This document shows, one piece after another, positions 12,476 to 26,399 of a stretch of DNA of 64,000 nt. The stretch is from Bigelowiella natans CCMP2755. Lineage: Eukaryota; Protista; Cercozoa. Numbering within the stretch: position 1 is the stretch's first letter; every line of letters begins with the position of its first letter. The stretch covers positions 8,104-72,103 of the forward strand of contig ADNK01001159.1 in NCBI GenBank assembly GCA_000320545.1, read 5' to 3'. The position numbers and the translations under genes are program-made. The notes under the pieces were generated by a model. The model was not told the DNA's origin. It made no database searches and saw nothing but the letters and a program-made list of their open reading frames with translations.

Positions 12476-12970
12476 GCATTGATGCCTTTTTCTTGTACTA
12501 AGGAAGTCAATTTTTGCTCTATGTGTCTTTAGATTGTAATTTCATCTAAGTCCTTCGCATAGACTTCTCGACCAGAACCTCCTACATTTATGTCAAGTTG
12601 CATTGTCCCCGGTATTATATGTTTTCTGCAGGTATTTCCATCTTAGACCGTTGCAGAAACATTTAGATCTATGTGCTCCCTCATCTTGGATTTCCAAGCA
12701 GATTATAGTCATATTTTAAAAATTATTTTAAATTATAATACAAAAAGCTGAATATTTATTATTTTTTGTTGTAAAATTCGATATAACTTAGAGCTTGAAA
12801 TTAATATAAATTAAATGTCGCCTCGAAACTAAATTTCGGGAGTTCACTCCCCATCGGGGCTTGATTGATTTGACTATATCCTGACCCGTCATAAAATGTC
12901 GGCATTCATCATAACAACACATTATCACCGTTTAGATTATAGCATTGAACGAGAAAATCATCCCCAATAG

Positions 12971-13004
12971 TATGTCGTATAGTAGTTATGCATTTTAATT
13001 ATGA
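12971..13004 (+). promoter_or_regulatory. Candidate histone promoter element upstream of H2A
   Basis: TATGTCGTAT...ATTTTAATTATGA, mirroring the H4 element at a similar distance from the ATG. Confidence 0.5.
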
Positions 13005-13131
13005 TATAACGACATTATTCTAAGAATAATGTAGAATTAAATGAAATTAGCGTAATCCCAAAGTGAGGCAGCAAAAGCCACAATCATCACCAGAGCTCAC
13101 ACCTCAAAAGGGAACACAACTGAACTACACA

Positions 13132-13602
13132 ATGTCTGGAAAAGGAAAAGGAAAAGGAGGCCGCGGAAAAGGCAAAGCCGTGAAGGCAACCACCCGATCA
13201 GCTCGCGCTGGTCTGCAATTCCCTGTAGGCCGTATCTCTCGTTTCTTGCGCAGAGGACGCTACGCAACTCGTGTTGGAGGCGGTGCTCCCGTCTACCTTG
13301 CAGCAGTCCTCGAGTACCTCACCGCTGAGATTCTCGAGCTTGCTGGAAATGCTGCTCGCGACAACAAGCGATCCCGTATCATTCCTCGCCACGTCCAGCT
13401 CGCTATCCGCAACGACGAAGAGCTTAACAAGCTTCTCGGAGATGTCACCATCGCTGCAGGAGGTGTTCTCCCAAACATTCACGCTGTCCTCCTGCCTAAG
13501 AAGAAGGCATCCAGCACAGTTACTAAGAAGCCTAAGAAGAAGTCTTCCAAGAAGAAGGGAAAGAAAAAGGGAAAGAGAGTTGCTGCCTCCCAGGAATACT
13601 AA
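13132..13602 (+). CDS. H2AX: Histone H2A.X-type with a long Lys-rich C-terminal tail (intronless)
   Basis: [13 protein letters not shown]...[22 protein letters not shown]...NDEELNKLL...VLLPK plus a tail ending SQEY. Confidence 0.97.
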   Translation: MSGKGKGKGGRGKGKAVKATTRSARAGLQFPVGRISRFLRRGRYATRVGGGAPVYLAAVLEYLTAEILELAGNAARDNKRSRIIPRHVQLAIRNDEELNKLLGDVTIAAGGVLPNIHAVLLPKKKASSTVTKKPKKKSSKKKGKKKGKRVAASQEY

Positions 13603-13635
13603 ATATGCCGTTGATCCAATTCAACAAGTCCAATT

Positions 13636-13651
13636 GGTGTTTCTAAACACC
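13636..13651 (+). promoter_or_regulatory. Histone mRNA 3' stem-loop of H2A
   Basis: GGTGTT-TCTA-AACACC followed by ACC; 6-bp stem and 4-nt loop about 33 nt after the stop. Confidence 0.85.
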
Positions 13652-13819
13652 ACCGATTTTTATCCGAAACATGTCGGTCTTTCCGTGTCAGCTTAATGCA
13701 CAAAATTTCTTCTGACTATAAGTGCATTGCAAATTTAGAGTACAATGTCCGCATGTATATGGCTGTCCAATTTAAGAAAACTAGAAACAATCATAAAATG
13801 ATATCGTTGAAAAAATAAT

Positions 13820-14310
13820 CGAAGACATGCAGATCTGTGTCACATGTGCCATTGCGATCGATGGCGCGCACTAGCACAGGCTGTAGAACTGGCACAGCTT
13901 CATCATTGCGGGCCAATGTCCATTGTGCCAGCGGGCGCACTTGTTTGTCATCGTCATTGCCGGCCGTGCAAAGAACGTGTTTTGGTCAGCTTCATTCGAA
14001 TGAATCAAAAAACACGTTTTTGAGGTGAAGCTTTTGAAACCAGGCCGAAGTCTCTCTGATCGAAGCAAAATGAAAGCTTCAAAATTGATTGTGCTGAACG
14101 CAATTTGTTGACATCTGTTACATGCATCTAGATGTTCCATGCACGCATCTAGCTAGCTAGGCATGATGATGCTAACTTGTCAAGAGCATGAATTGCGTGG
14201 ATGGGCACGGTGTGGCGGCACGCATGGTGGCATGTGCATGCTGTCGCTGCTACTCTCCTGCATGTGGCGGACTGTCAGTCGACAAAGCACCTAGCACTCG
14301 TCGGCGGCCA
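13820..14310. other. TpA-depleted, CTAG-sparing intergenic island
   Basis: No TA seen in about 13890-14115; survivors are mostly CTAG/CTA/TAG. Confidence 0.85.
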
Positions 14311-14426
14311 TGCGCAATATCTGTATTGTGGTTCATATTCCGACTTATTGCCATTACATTGCGCATGCTGTGCATATTTTGGTTTTCATGCACATGTTTG
14401 TCCTGCTTGTGTCAGCACATCTCCTG

Positions 14427-16487
14427 TCAAGCAACATTCACTTCCCAGCCATGGGGAGCCTCAAATCCATCTGCTACTCCAACCCATTCCCCTGATTGTG
14501 GACGAATAAATATCATTTTTTACATTTTGAGTTCATGCCATTGGAATGCTTACCGTCATCGTCCTTCATGCATATTGCCGCCACAACATGCATCCCCAGC
14601 GAATTAAATCCCTAAAGCATGTTACAAAAGCTGGCTCAAGGGTGTAAGCAAAACGCAGAATTAGGGCAAGTGTATCCACCTTTCCTGTAGCATTCACGAG
14701 GGAAAGCATTTGAAGATCGTCCTCTTCCTATAATAAACCGTTTACATGGTTCCGTAAAATATTTTCTTGAAGATTAGGAAATTTTAACCATTTATTTTCT
14801 TTTCAGGTATATTGTGAATTGATGTGGATTATTGCAGGAGTGGTAAAGAATTGTATCGTTTCATTGATGTGCGACCTCTTCATATTCCGTAGGCGACAAC
14901 GTGCATACGTGCATAGCTCGAACCTAAATTACAGGTTGTATAATTTCGGATTTATTTCAATTTTCTTCCTTGATTGTGCTGTTTTGTGTTGTTTTGGATT
15001 GCATATTGATTATGTACCCCTCTTCCATAGTATAGCGAACAATCCATTGCCATCCTAGATAAATTTAAGGCACCGCGATTTAAAAAAAGAACATGTTGCA
15101 CTGGCATCATCTGAGTAGTATGGTGAACCTGAAGAGGGAATTCTTCACGGACAGGAACCCGCCACCGTTCAGAGCATATTCAGCGCCAGTTATGACCGGA
15201 TTTTGTGGATGGGGTTTCCTTGAAGGATCGCACAAACACCAAAATCATCAATAAAATACCTCCATCACACCACCACCACCAGCAGCACCACCAGCACCAC
15301 CAGCACCGACTGTCTTTATACAGGTGTTGGGAGACTGTTTTCTGTATTACCCCTCTCCCTTTACTGTCCTCTATGTTTACTTTTACGTACCATTCCGAAG
15401 GATCCTTAAGCTCACTAACGTATAAATCGGTTGTCGCCGGTTCCTAACACGTGCATGGTTGTCTTTCGTCATAAAACCATCCTCTATGATGCATCTGACG
15501 ACGTGCAAATGAAAAAGATCAACAAATGGCTCAGCTCACTTCTCCATCACTGTACAGTCCGAGTCTATGCTGTCCCTCCTCATTAAATTTTCGCCTGTTG
15601 ATGGTAGGAAGTAGAAGTAAAGGCGGGGAAGGCAGATCACAACAATAAGTCCTGATGAATATCCAACTCACATTCAGCACAACAGAGATTGTGCGGTCGG
15701 TAAGTAAATTAGCCTCACCTTGTGTTAAAGAGGTATAGCCTATCATCCTTGACCTTTTAATAAAATAGGTAATTGAAACTGTAATGAGGGGGTTGGTGAT
15801 CACTATAACGAGTAGAAACTAAAATCTTTAAATAGCTTCTTACCACCAAAGTAGCGTGCATCACCGAAGCCTGTCGTGAATCACGTAAGAAGAAGAAGAC
15901 GGCGTGATGAGTATGATATTAAAATTAGGAAAAAAAATCAAATTCCAAAGCAAATCACCGTTACCTTCTCATCAACAATGCAGAAATGCTGCCAGTCATA
16001 AGGGAATTCCTTTTCAAATGTTTATGATAAATTTATCTGCACGTATAAATTGACATGCACATGTATACTGCACACATCCTCATGTGATTTTATAAGTGGA
16101 TTGATGCAAATGATTGCAGGACGATTTCCTTGTCCTTTTCCCATCATCATTTTTCATACTTACCACCTAATTGTAGTACCTTGCAAATGTAAATGGAAAG
16201 GGCCATGCTATTCTCTTTTGAAGGTCCACAAGCGTATACCTGTTTGTGGCAACAACGACGCGATCTGGTAAGATAATTACGCAGATACGTGCTTGATCTG
16301 ACTATCAACCAATCAACACTCGGCCCACCGCTGCCGATGAGGGAAGAACAGGATATATTGTGGCGGAGAGAATTTCTTCTTCTATTTTCTGTATTTTTTG
16401 AAATTGTAGACCATGTATCATCTACCTCTCCTTTGAATACCACGACAGAAGGATAGTTGAACCCTATAATACCATCACACGCACACA

Positions 16488-16551
<64 letters not shown>

Positions 16552-19256
16552 GGGGGGGGAGGGGTGGGGAGGAGAGAGAGAAATTCATATTCAGTATTGC
16601 AATATTAGATGTATTCCGCAGTAATATCTAACGAACCTCTTTCCTCACAATCACCTAGATCTGTGGCGACCTACGAAGCAATTGAAACAACCGAGTAAGT
16701 GTCGATATTTCCCCCTTGTTCAACACTATTTTCTCCATAATTATCCGCCAAATTGCCCAGTGGATTCGTACATTGACTTGTCATCAGATTCTCTTCTTCG
16801 TCTCCACCCTCCCGTATCCCCCCCTCCCCCCCCCCCCCCCTCCTCCTCCTCCTCCTCCTATTTTCCTTGTTTCACTAGTAGTACCGGTTCATCCCAGTGA
16901 ATAGATTTACTGATGAAGGAGAAGGTTGAGTCAATATCGGCAGCACATGTAGTACGCATTTTCTCTACGCTCAAACAATCGTATTGATCTGATGCCACTA
17001 CCACACTACAACTCCTCCCTATTTACACCATATCCTGTCCCCACCTCCTTGTCGTTCGCACCATGTTTTTTGAATGTAGTGAGAATTACCCATCTTTCCC
17101 TTCCGATGATGACTTCAATTCAAATCGAGAGCACATGACCTTAATTTGTAAATATGATGGCAGGATAGAAGAAGAAGAAGAAGAAGAAGAAGAAGAAGAA
17201 GGAGAAGAAGAGAAGAAGGAGAAGAGAAACGTGGTTATCAGCAGAGCCAGAGACGAGCAACGATGCCGACAAGAAAATCCAACAAAAGCTAAATGGTGTA
17301 GTCTTTCCTGGCATTCAAGCACGCATACTACAAATGTGATGCTGCATGTTGACTGACAACACTATCTCGTACCTGCTGGCCAAGAATATCTGAAAAAAAC
17401 AGGTGCCCTGGTGGAGGGGTAATCATTGACAAAAACAGAGTGTGAAATGCCATAAAAAGGATGAGGAGGAGGAGGAGGAATAATGATGGGTCAGTACTGT
17501 GTTGGCAATCTAGATTAAGAAACTCTCGATGAGCCTTGATGGCGAAGTAAGGGGTTCCCGTCATCTTCACCACCAGGTATGAGATTACTAAGGCTACATT
17601 TTCAACAACATCCTCATGTCTTCGCATAGCAAGCAACAACATGGGGAAATGTTTCAACCCCACCCTCAGAGTCGGAGTCCTCCTTGCCTGAAGAAAGTAA
17701 GAAGGACATACCAGTTTTAGTGAAAGGAGTAAGATGTGTTGTAGTCATATAAAAGCAGCACAACAGTGAACTATACGGCATAGATTTGCTGAAGTTGTTT
17801 AATCCTCTTACTTACGTCGGATCAGGAAGGGGTCTGCCATCACTATACATCGCCGTTTCCCATTTTTCATAACATAACAAGGAGATAATTAGTGAATAAC
17901 ATCTTGTCTCAAAAAATAAGGTCGTAACAATATATAGAAGGGGAATGCTACTACCTCCAAGGAAAAATCCATGAATATATATCAAAATCACCACTACGAA
18001 TTGAGGAGGAGGAGTATACACGAATACCGGGTATGACCGCACACGCAACAATCATGTAGCAAGGTTACAAGAGTAGTAGTAGCAGTAGTACTAGTAGTAA
18101 TGATTGTAGTTGTAATAATAGTAGTAAGTAGCAAGGGGGAAGCAGCAATGAGTTCAATAGCAGCATTACTCTTTCCAGCTATCGAGCCAGTTGGCAGTAT
18201 GTGTGGCAACGGGCCAATATCGTTCTGTAGCAAATTTGCATAGTGACGATAGTGATGATTATAATAATGATGATATGAATCATAGCGTTTTGAGATTTCA
18301 CCTTCTCATCAAAGAGCTTTCCAAGACCGCCACTCGCGAGATATCTTAGAAGAGGGAGGGGGTGATGAAGCATCCACATGTCATTCATGCATCGTCCTGC
18401 ATCTCTTTCAAGCAAAATATTGCTGGCTTACGTCCTGATTGACGGCTGCTTTGTCAAGCCCATATAAATTTCGTCTCCAAAGAATGTCACAATTTCTTCG
18501 TCTTCATACATATCGCTGAATAAACAATGCGTGGTTAACTAGCGTAGGATTTGTAGGCGTGGAGATTGTTAAGCATTTTTTAGAAAAGGATAACAGTGCT
18601 GCTACTCGCGGGATGAGGGTATGTTAACGATGGCAAGGAGTAAGTAATAATCAGACGTTCCACATTTGCAAAATGGCAGATTTGTACTAATTCTCTCCAC
18701 GCATACACGTGTTTTTGTAAGCACTTACTGTTCCTTTAGATAGCGTATGACATATTCCGGAGAGATCCCTGGCTTTTCACGAAGTAGTAAGGTATAACTA
18801 CGAACAACAGGCTGAAGCAAAAGTGGATGTAATCAAGGAAGGCAGACATTTAGGAGATATTCATGCACTTGCAGTCTATCTTACGGAGGAGGCTTCAAGT
18901 TCTGGAAGAGACGTAAAGCGGTCAGCATCACAGATCTGCCTTCCATCGTTGCAAATAGCAACCGGAGAAACGGCACGACCTTCGACGCACCCCATGATTG
19001 CCACACTAACAATGAGCTACGGAGAAGTAAGCGTCCACGTGCTGATCAGGTGAGATGAGTGAAGAGTAACTGCTGCTTTAGAATTAAAAATATGGGGTTT
19101 TCTACGTTAAATTCTTGTTTTTTTTAAAAATGAAGAGCGGGAATGGAATGGAACAGTGAATTTGGATGATAACAAAGTTGGATTGTAAAATACGATAGAA
19201 TACCCAAAATTAATTTTCCAAGAAAAGACTCCGAACAATGTCTCGGTGATCTTCAT
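14427..19256 (-). CDS. Multi-exon protein with a C-terminal GINT1-N-like (GH43-like beta-propeller) domain; 5' end uncertain
   Basis: Minus-strand exons: FNYPSVVVFKGE, EFPYDWQH, VKDDRLYLFNT, SEW|KPHPQNPVITGAEYALNGGG, RMAMDCSLYYGRG|VRAMHVCTLSPTEYEE, FNSLGMHVV, GEWVGVADG...*; these follow the motif order of the plant GINT1 N-terminal domain. Confidence 0.75.
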
Positions 19257-19400
19257 GATTCGATCTCCTTATCAGCCACGAAGTCGCTACAGCTGTGAAT
19301 TCATGCCATAGAAAGGCATTTCCTGAAATATTCATCTGAAAACCTTGTCGTTGTGCAAAAACGGGACCATGACAATCGATTCTCCTGGAAAACTGGAAAA

Positions 19401-20056
19401 ATGGAACCCGGCGTCCACGTCGGCGGAAACCTGAAAAAGGGTGACGGTGAAACAAGCCCCAAGAAAATGGACCTCCATATTACCTTGATGGAGACGCGCG
19501 ATTTGTTCTTACTACTAATGGGATATCTATTCCTTTGCGCCTTTGTCTCGATATACATCCAAACTCCAGGTAGCACACGCTGTTAGGGTTAGTCAGGGTG
19601 TTGAGCTGCAGATGATCATTTTTCTTTTTTGGATTGAGATCGATGCACTTTATGTTTTCATATTTACAGGCCTCTTTGGTGATGACGGCATCCTTCCTAT
19701 CCAGCCCGTTAAGTACCCGGTCGTTACTATCGTTGCGGTTTTGTTATTGTAGTTATTATCTTTCAATACTGCGATCAAAATCTAATTACCCCTCTTTCTC
19801 CTCCTCTCCCTCCTCCTCTTCCCCCTTCCCCTTGCTCCCCCCCCCCCTCCTCCGACTACTATTGTTATTTTTTTGATAGAAGAGTATGATGGAATCCGAA
19901 TCCTGGTTACGTTGTTCCCCTTGGAGATTGTTTTGTTTTGTCAAGATGTAGTAACTATAGCGATGTCATGTTCACATCAGGAAAGAGATCTTCAACCTTT
20001 TCCTTGAGAATCCAAACCTGTTGCTGCTTTGTAAGGTACATATACGTATCTAATAA

Positions 20057-20111
<55 letters not shown>

Positions 20112-21250
20112 TTCCCCTCTCTCTTTTCCATCCCCCCCTTTGCTAAGTTGATTGGATTGGCACTACTTCCCATCGTCTGTCATATAATAATCTCCGCAGC
20201 TGATCACACGTATTTGAACGTTGTTTTTGTTTTATTACCCCTAGCACTTCTTCGGGCTCTCAAGTTGGTGGGGCCTCGAATTGGTTTGTTCAATCGTCAC
20301 CGTCACCGTAGCTGTAGCAAGCATCGTTTACAATCGTTAACAATCCCAAACAAATAACAGCACAGACCTTTCATCTATGCTCATCCATGCTGCTAGGTCA
20401 CGATATCGGGAGTCTTTTTGAGCTTTGCCGTTTGTGTGTGCCCAAGAATTTTCCGCAGCGGAGAAAGCTTCCTGCTCCTCACTCTCTTGTAAGAGCACGG
20501 CGGATTGAGATTGGAATAAGAAGAAGATGAAGAAGAAGAAGAAGAAGAAGAAGAAGAAGAAGAAGAAACAGAAGAGCAACCAATAGCATCAAAACTAAAT
20601 AAGTTCGTTTACATCAACATCCTTAACAATGCGAGTTGTTGGTACATTGTTGTCAAGATATATGACCGTGGTGAAAAGCACAAGCGTCTTCATGTCATTC
20701 CAGGTGTGTTAGTACTAACGAGAAAAACCATACGTATAATGCACAGAGGAGGAGGATAAGGAGGAAGAGGAGGAGGAGAAGTACTACTACTTACTATTCG
20801 TGTTTCTCCTAGTGGGACATCTTATTAGTCGAGTGCGGGTACTTAACTTCGCTTGTAGCTCCTTGGACGCTGCTGTGGGGGGGTAACCCTTTGGGTCCCC
20901 CTCCTCCTCCTCCTCCTCCTGCTATTTCTTCTTCCTCGGTTGGCAGCTCACGTAAAGAAGGATGTGGTAGTGGTGGTGGTGGTGCTCGACTAGGAATGTT
21001 CTTGGTAATTAGCAGCAGCAACAACAACAACAACAGGAAGATGAAGAAGAAGAAGAAGAAGAAGAAGAAGAAGAAGAAAAGAAGAGAATAAAGAAAAAGA
21101 GAAAAAGATTTGGTGGAAGGCTAGGTTTCTTTCCTTTGTTGATAGTATAGAAGTTGATAAGTGATGTGGTGGTGCGAAGGTGACTAATCTAGGAGCTCGG
21201 TTGTTTATAGAGTCAGGTAATTTAACTGCTAAAGTTGTAGATGCTTACCT

Positions 21251-21291
<41 letters not shown>

Positions 21292-21452
21292 CAACGCACG
21301 GGAATCAACACACTGACGTCTTCGAGTCTCAGCGGGAAATGAGTGGATTATTTTTATTTATTTGTGAGAGTAAATGTTTGCTTCTCCCCCTTATGCTTCT
21401 CCAGCTGCTGCTGCTGCTGCTGCTGCTATGTTGTTAGAATTGTTGGGCGTTT

Positions 21453-21490
<38 letters not shown>

Positions 21491-24400
21491 AATGCCCATC
21501 GTGCTCATCATGCTCATCAGGGGTGGTGAAGTTGAGTAGCAGCGGACCCACATGGTACTGCCTCCCTCCTGTAAGGAGAAGATTTCTGTGCTTGTGTTGT
21601 TAAAGCATGTTAGTTATATAACCCCACTACTACCACTACTAGTAATACTACTACTACTAATAATAATAGTAATGATGACAGTAATAATGCCCTGTTCATA
21701 ATTTTGGATGGTATGTATAGGTGGAATCTCTCTGCCCTAGAGGTAGAGACAGCAGCTCTCACTTGCATGCTGCTGCAGCAGCAGGACTGCACACCGTTAT
21801 ATTATATGCCTATGGTGTGCGTGTGTCAAAAGGAGGAGGAGGAGGAGGAGGAGGAGGAAGGAGGGGGCTTTAGATAAAGACGACACACAACTAATGCAGT
21901 GAATATCCAATGTTGATGTCGTCATCATCCCCCCCCCTCTTTCATCATCATCATCTTCTTCTTCTTCCGTCAATCAATAAGAAGATAAATTTGATCTTTG
22001 AACGATTCTCACGCTATCGACATCACACATCCTTGCTGAACATCATCTTTTGCTGCGACCACTACTAACAGTGGCACTTTGAGTCCCAATGCATACCTCA
22101 TTACATGTCCTACTATGCTCACCAGGTAGTACTAGTACAGTAGTATGGTAGTAGCAGTAGTAGCAGTAGTAGTAGTAGTAGCAGCAGCATCATGTAGTAG
22201 CATTATATGTTGTATGGCAAAAACGAGGATTGGTAATCCCAGTATTAAGTTCATAAATGAGTTCTCTCTTTCTCTCTCTCTCTCTCCCTCCCTCTTTCCT
22301 CCTCCTCATGGAAAAAATGATGGGCGACGATTAGCATAGAAATTGGGGTTATTGACCTCTAATTATTCATATATGATGAGCGTGGGGTGCTACTAGCTGG
22401 TAGGCAGCCATTACAGCATCAGCATGCAGTTATATACAGATACTATAATGGAAACATCGTGCAACATCATCAGCTACCCCCTCTCTGGTTGAAGAGGCTC
22501 AGTGTGAGCATGGTCTATTTCATCCTTATTGGCTGCCCATATCTACTCTATATCCCGGTAAGTAAAATCACTAGTCTCTGCAGCAGTGCTTGTTGCTTTG
22601 TAAACATGAATTACTGATAACGATGGCATTGATTACGTGGATTGGGTACATCCGTTGATGTGGCCCTCTTAAACCATTCATTCTTTGCTAGATTATTCCC
22701 TCATGATTCCAATTCTCTCATCATTTCTCAGCTTTGGCCTTTGCGCCATTTCTCGTGGATGGCTCTCGCCTCTTTCCAGGTTTTTTCTATTGATCGTGTC
22801 TTTGTTTGCTGTTGGGTGATACGCCGTTCTGCCCTCTCTCCCAGCCAACAAGCACACAAGAGCTAGTTGATGCATCTATCAGCAGCACTTATTCGTCTAA
22901 GTTTTACGGTTGATCTTGTGCAATGATCTCTCGATGAAGAGACTGTGATGATTATGATGAGGACAATGGTAATATATCGGCAGACAAAAAGATTTAAATC
23001 ACATCCACAGGTCTTGATCATCCTGACGGGAAACTACAACTTCTTCAACCTACTTTCTCTCGCACTGCTGGTATTTGGACGTCAAAACGACGAATTATGG
23101 GCTCACTACTACCACGATTATATCTGCCCTACTACTACTATTACTACTACTACTACTACAACAACAACAACAACAACAACTGCTACTACGACTACGACTA
23201 CTAAAGTAATTCCCCAGCTCCTCGTATGTATTCGAAGAATAACGAGCAACATCGATTACTATCCACTCTCACTATCATTGACGTTAAAGGTTCCCATGAT
23301 GAGAATGATGAACAAGAAAGTCATTTCTCGCTGCTTCTTCTGCTCCTCTTTGCTTGGAGGAGGACGAGGAGGAGAGGCAGCAGGAGGAAAACAGAAGAAC
23401 AACCCTCCAGTGGACACTACTCTCCCAAAGCATATAAAGTTACTCTATGGATTTGAGATGCTTGCCTCGGTAGATATCAGCCCATGATTGTGATCGCGAT
23501 ATAGTAGTAGAGAGAAAAGAGGAGGCGCCAAACCCCAAGACGCTAGCTGCTTTACTTGAGAAAGTGCTGATGTTGGCCAATCCAGAGCCGATGTGCGTGT
23601 CGCTACTGTCAGCAAATGCTGTTTTTGCTTCGGATTGACGATAGTACCCTATAAATGACGGGTTTTGCTTACACGCCATCAAAATCATCACCATCATCAT
23701 CATCATTATCATTATCATATCACTATCATCATCAGATGTTCATATGTTCGGTGATGGTGCAATACTGGACCCAATTGTTTGGAATAGAAGCTGATTTCGA
23801 GAATGGGAAGGTTTCACCTCTTCTGTGCATGCAGCTCACTGCTCATCTCGCATCCGAGCTACTCCTCATCTTACAGAAATTCCACACACAAGCAGCAGCA
23901 ACAACCAGCACCAAAATTGATTATGATTTCCACCACTAATCAGATCTTGAGCAAAATCCAATTCAGCAAAAACGAGTTTTACCCTGCGATGGGAATGAGT
24001 GTATGGGTGATGGCAACAATGACAATAAACAATGATAATAATAATAACAATAACAATATCTACGAGACTGCTGCTCTTTAATTTTACCTTGCCTGTCTTA
24101 CTGCTGCACCTGACCCCATCTTCAAAGAATCGAGAGACGAAGTAGTGAATGCTGAATCATCGTCACGATTGCAAATGAACACTAACCCAAGCAAGCCTTG
24201 GAGCTGATACTAGTTGACATAAGTAATATCGGCCATAACAACGACAGGTGTGGTTCTTGGTCGCTGGATGTTCGTTTCTCCTCGAATGTTGTAGGTAGTA
24301 GTAGCGAAGGTCGCAATGCCGAGCAATCACCAACACAGCACCACAGAAACTGATCGATGTGGTTTTGAGAACCCGTCGATGCTGTTAGCTACTGCTTTGA

Positions 24401-25151
24401 CGAAAATTCGTTTCGAGCACTATTTTTACTCCGGGGTTTGAAACGAGATGCTGTTACGATTTTCGTTATGATCGCATGTTGTTCGTTTGTTGGGATGGTG
24501 CTTTTATACTATCTAGGAGCGTGTACGATGAGATTTCGGTCTCCACGAAACATCCACTGTACCCACCACCTGCGTCAGCAGCAGCATCGTCTTCTCCTTT
24601 AACGCGCCTCGCTCGATGCTGCCAAGGTGGCTTGGAGGAGGACCCGAAATACAGAGGATATTGCCATCGCTTGATTTGGCTTTTTTTGTCGATGTCGTTG
24701 TTCAGGAAGCATTGGCAAAATTTGGAAAGTGGTACGGTTCGGTTGGTGCCTTGGCGGGTGTGTCGTGGCCTCTGCTATGTTTGTCGTAGCAGTCAACTCA
24801 CACTGCAATTTGAGGTAGGAAGGGTACTGCTGAAAATGGTGTTTATGTTGTTTGTTAATGGGGTGTGCTGCTATGCAGCTAATTCGTATTTGTCGCATCC
24901 ATAGTACTAATTTTTGTTACCTACCCACCGATGAGAGTGGTAGTTGTAGTAGAAGTAGCTTGTTCTATGAAACTAAGAACGAGTCGCTTCTCTTTCGCTT
25001 GACCATCGCCTCTCTGAAACATACATCATAAGAAAATGCTGCTGCTAATTACTGCTACTACTGCCACTCTCACGGCCCCCATTCCTGAACAATAATAACA
25101 CAGAAACCTACATCTCGATAGAACTCCTCATGCGGTCAGCGATAGGGATGA

Positions 25152-25184
<33 letters not shown>

Positions 25185-25774
25185 CAGTAGTAGACAACAT
25201 CTTTTCCACCTACCATCATCGCTGCTGTTTATAGTAGCAGTAGTAGGAGGAGGAGGAGGAGGAGGAAGAGAACAAAGAGCACCTTCATCATAATATTTGC
25301 TAGGAGCTCACGTTGATAATGATAATGGTGGTGATGATGATGATTGTTTGATGTGGTGTTCTCTAACCCATGCTCCCCGTCCAACACACCCACAGGGAGA
25401 ATCTCTGCAAAAAATCGATAGGTGTGATGTCTTATGTCTAGGGAAGCTCTTTCTTTACTGATGTGCTCGCACACAATTTGGATTAAACAGTTTATAAACT
25501 AGGGCAAGAACGACGATAGCAAACACGAATATTGGGCGCCTTATAACTACCCCGCCCCCCCCCCTCTCTCACCCTCTTATTATGAACACCATATATCCAA
25601 GGATGATTCCCAGGTCACTCTTAAGGATGACCAGCATCAACGCACCAAAATGGATGGCAGCCGGCTCCTATGGGTTATTTAGGCACATGACAGGGTGATA
25701 GTCTTCTATCTCTTTGTAAGAGCTGCTGTTGTAGTGAACATTCTCTTGATCTCCCTCCCTCCCTCTCTCTCTCG

Positions 25775-25820
<46 letters not shown>

Positions 25821-26251
25821 CTCATGCTGTACACCCCATCTTTCACGTCGTCGATGTGTGTGTTATTATTTAACACGTGGTCATCTTCTCAGTGTGGGAG
25901 GGCGACCAGAGCTGGTACTAGAGGCTAAAGTGAAGAAGAGGAGGAGTAAAATTATGATGGAGGAGGAGGAGGAGGAGGAGGAGGAAGAGGAGGAGACAAC
26001 AACACGTATGTAAAGTTTGTATGATGATATCAATATCTATCTATCTATCATCATCTTTTGATAATGCTGTGGACAAGTTATCTTGGTTCTGATGGACGCT
26101 GATTGCTGCTACTTTCTTACGTACAACTCCTTTCATCATTTCCCTCCTCAAAGAGGAAGTTCCTTTTCGTTTTAAGGTTGGCTCGGTTCACGAGATTCCA
26201 GGCATCATAATCCCGCATCAACCTAGAATAGACTGGCAGGTTTCCTCCCTC

Positions 26252-26293
<42 letters not shown>

Positions 26294-26332
26294 AAGATAC
26301 TACATGTATATATACATGTTTTTATTCATAAG

Positions 26333-26399
<67 letters not shown>

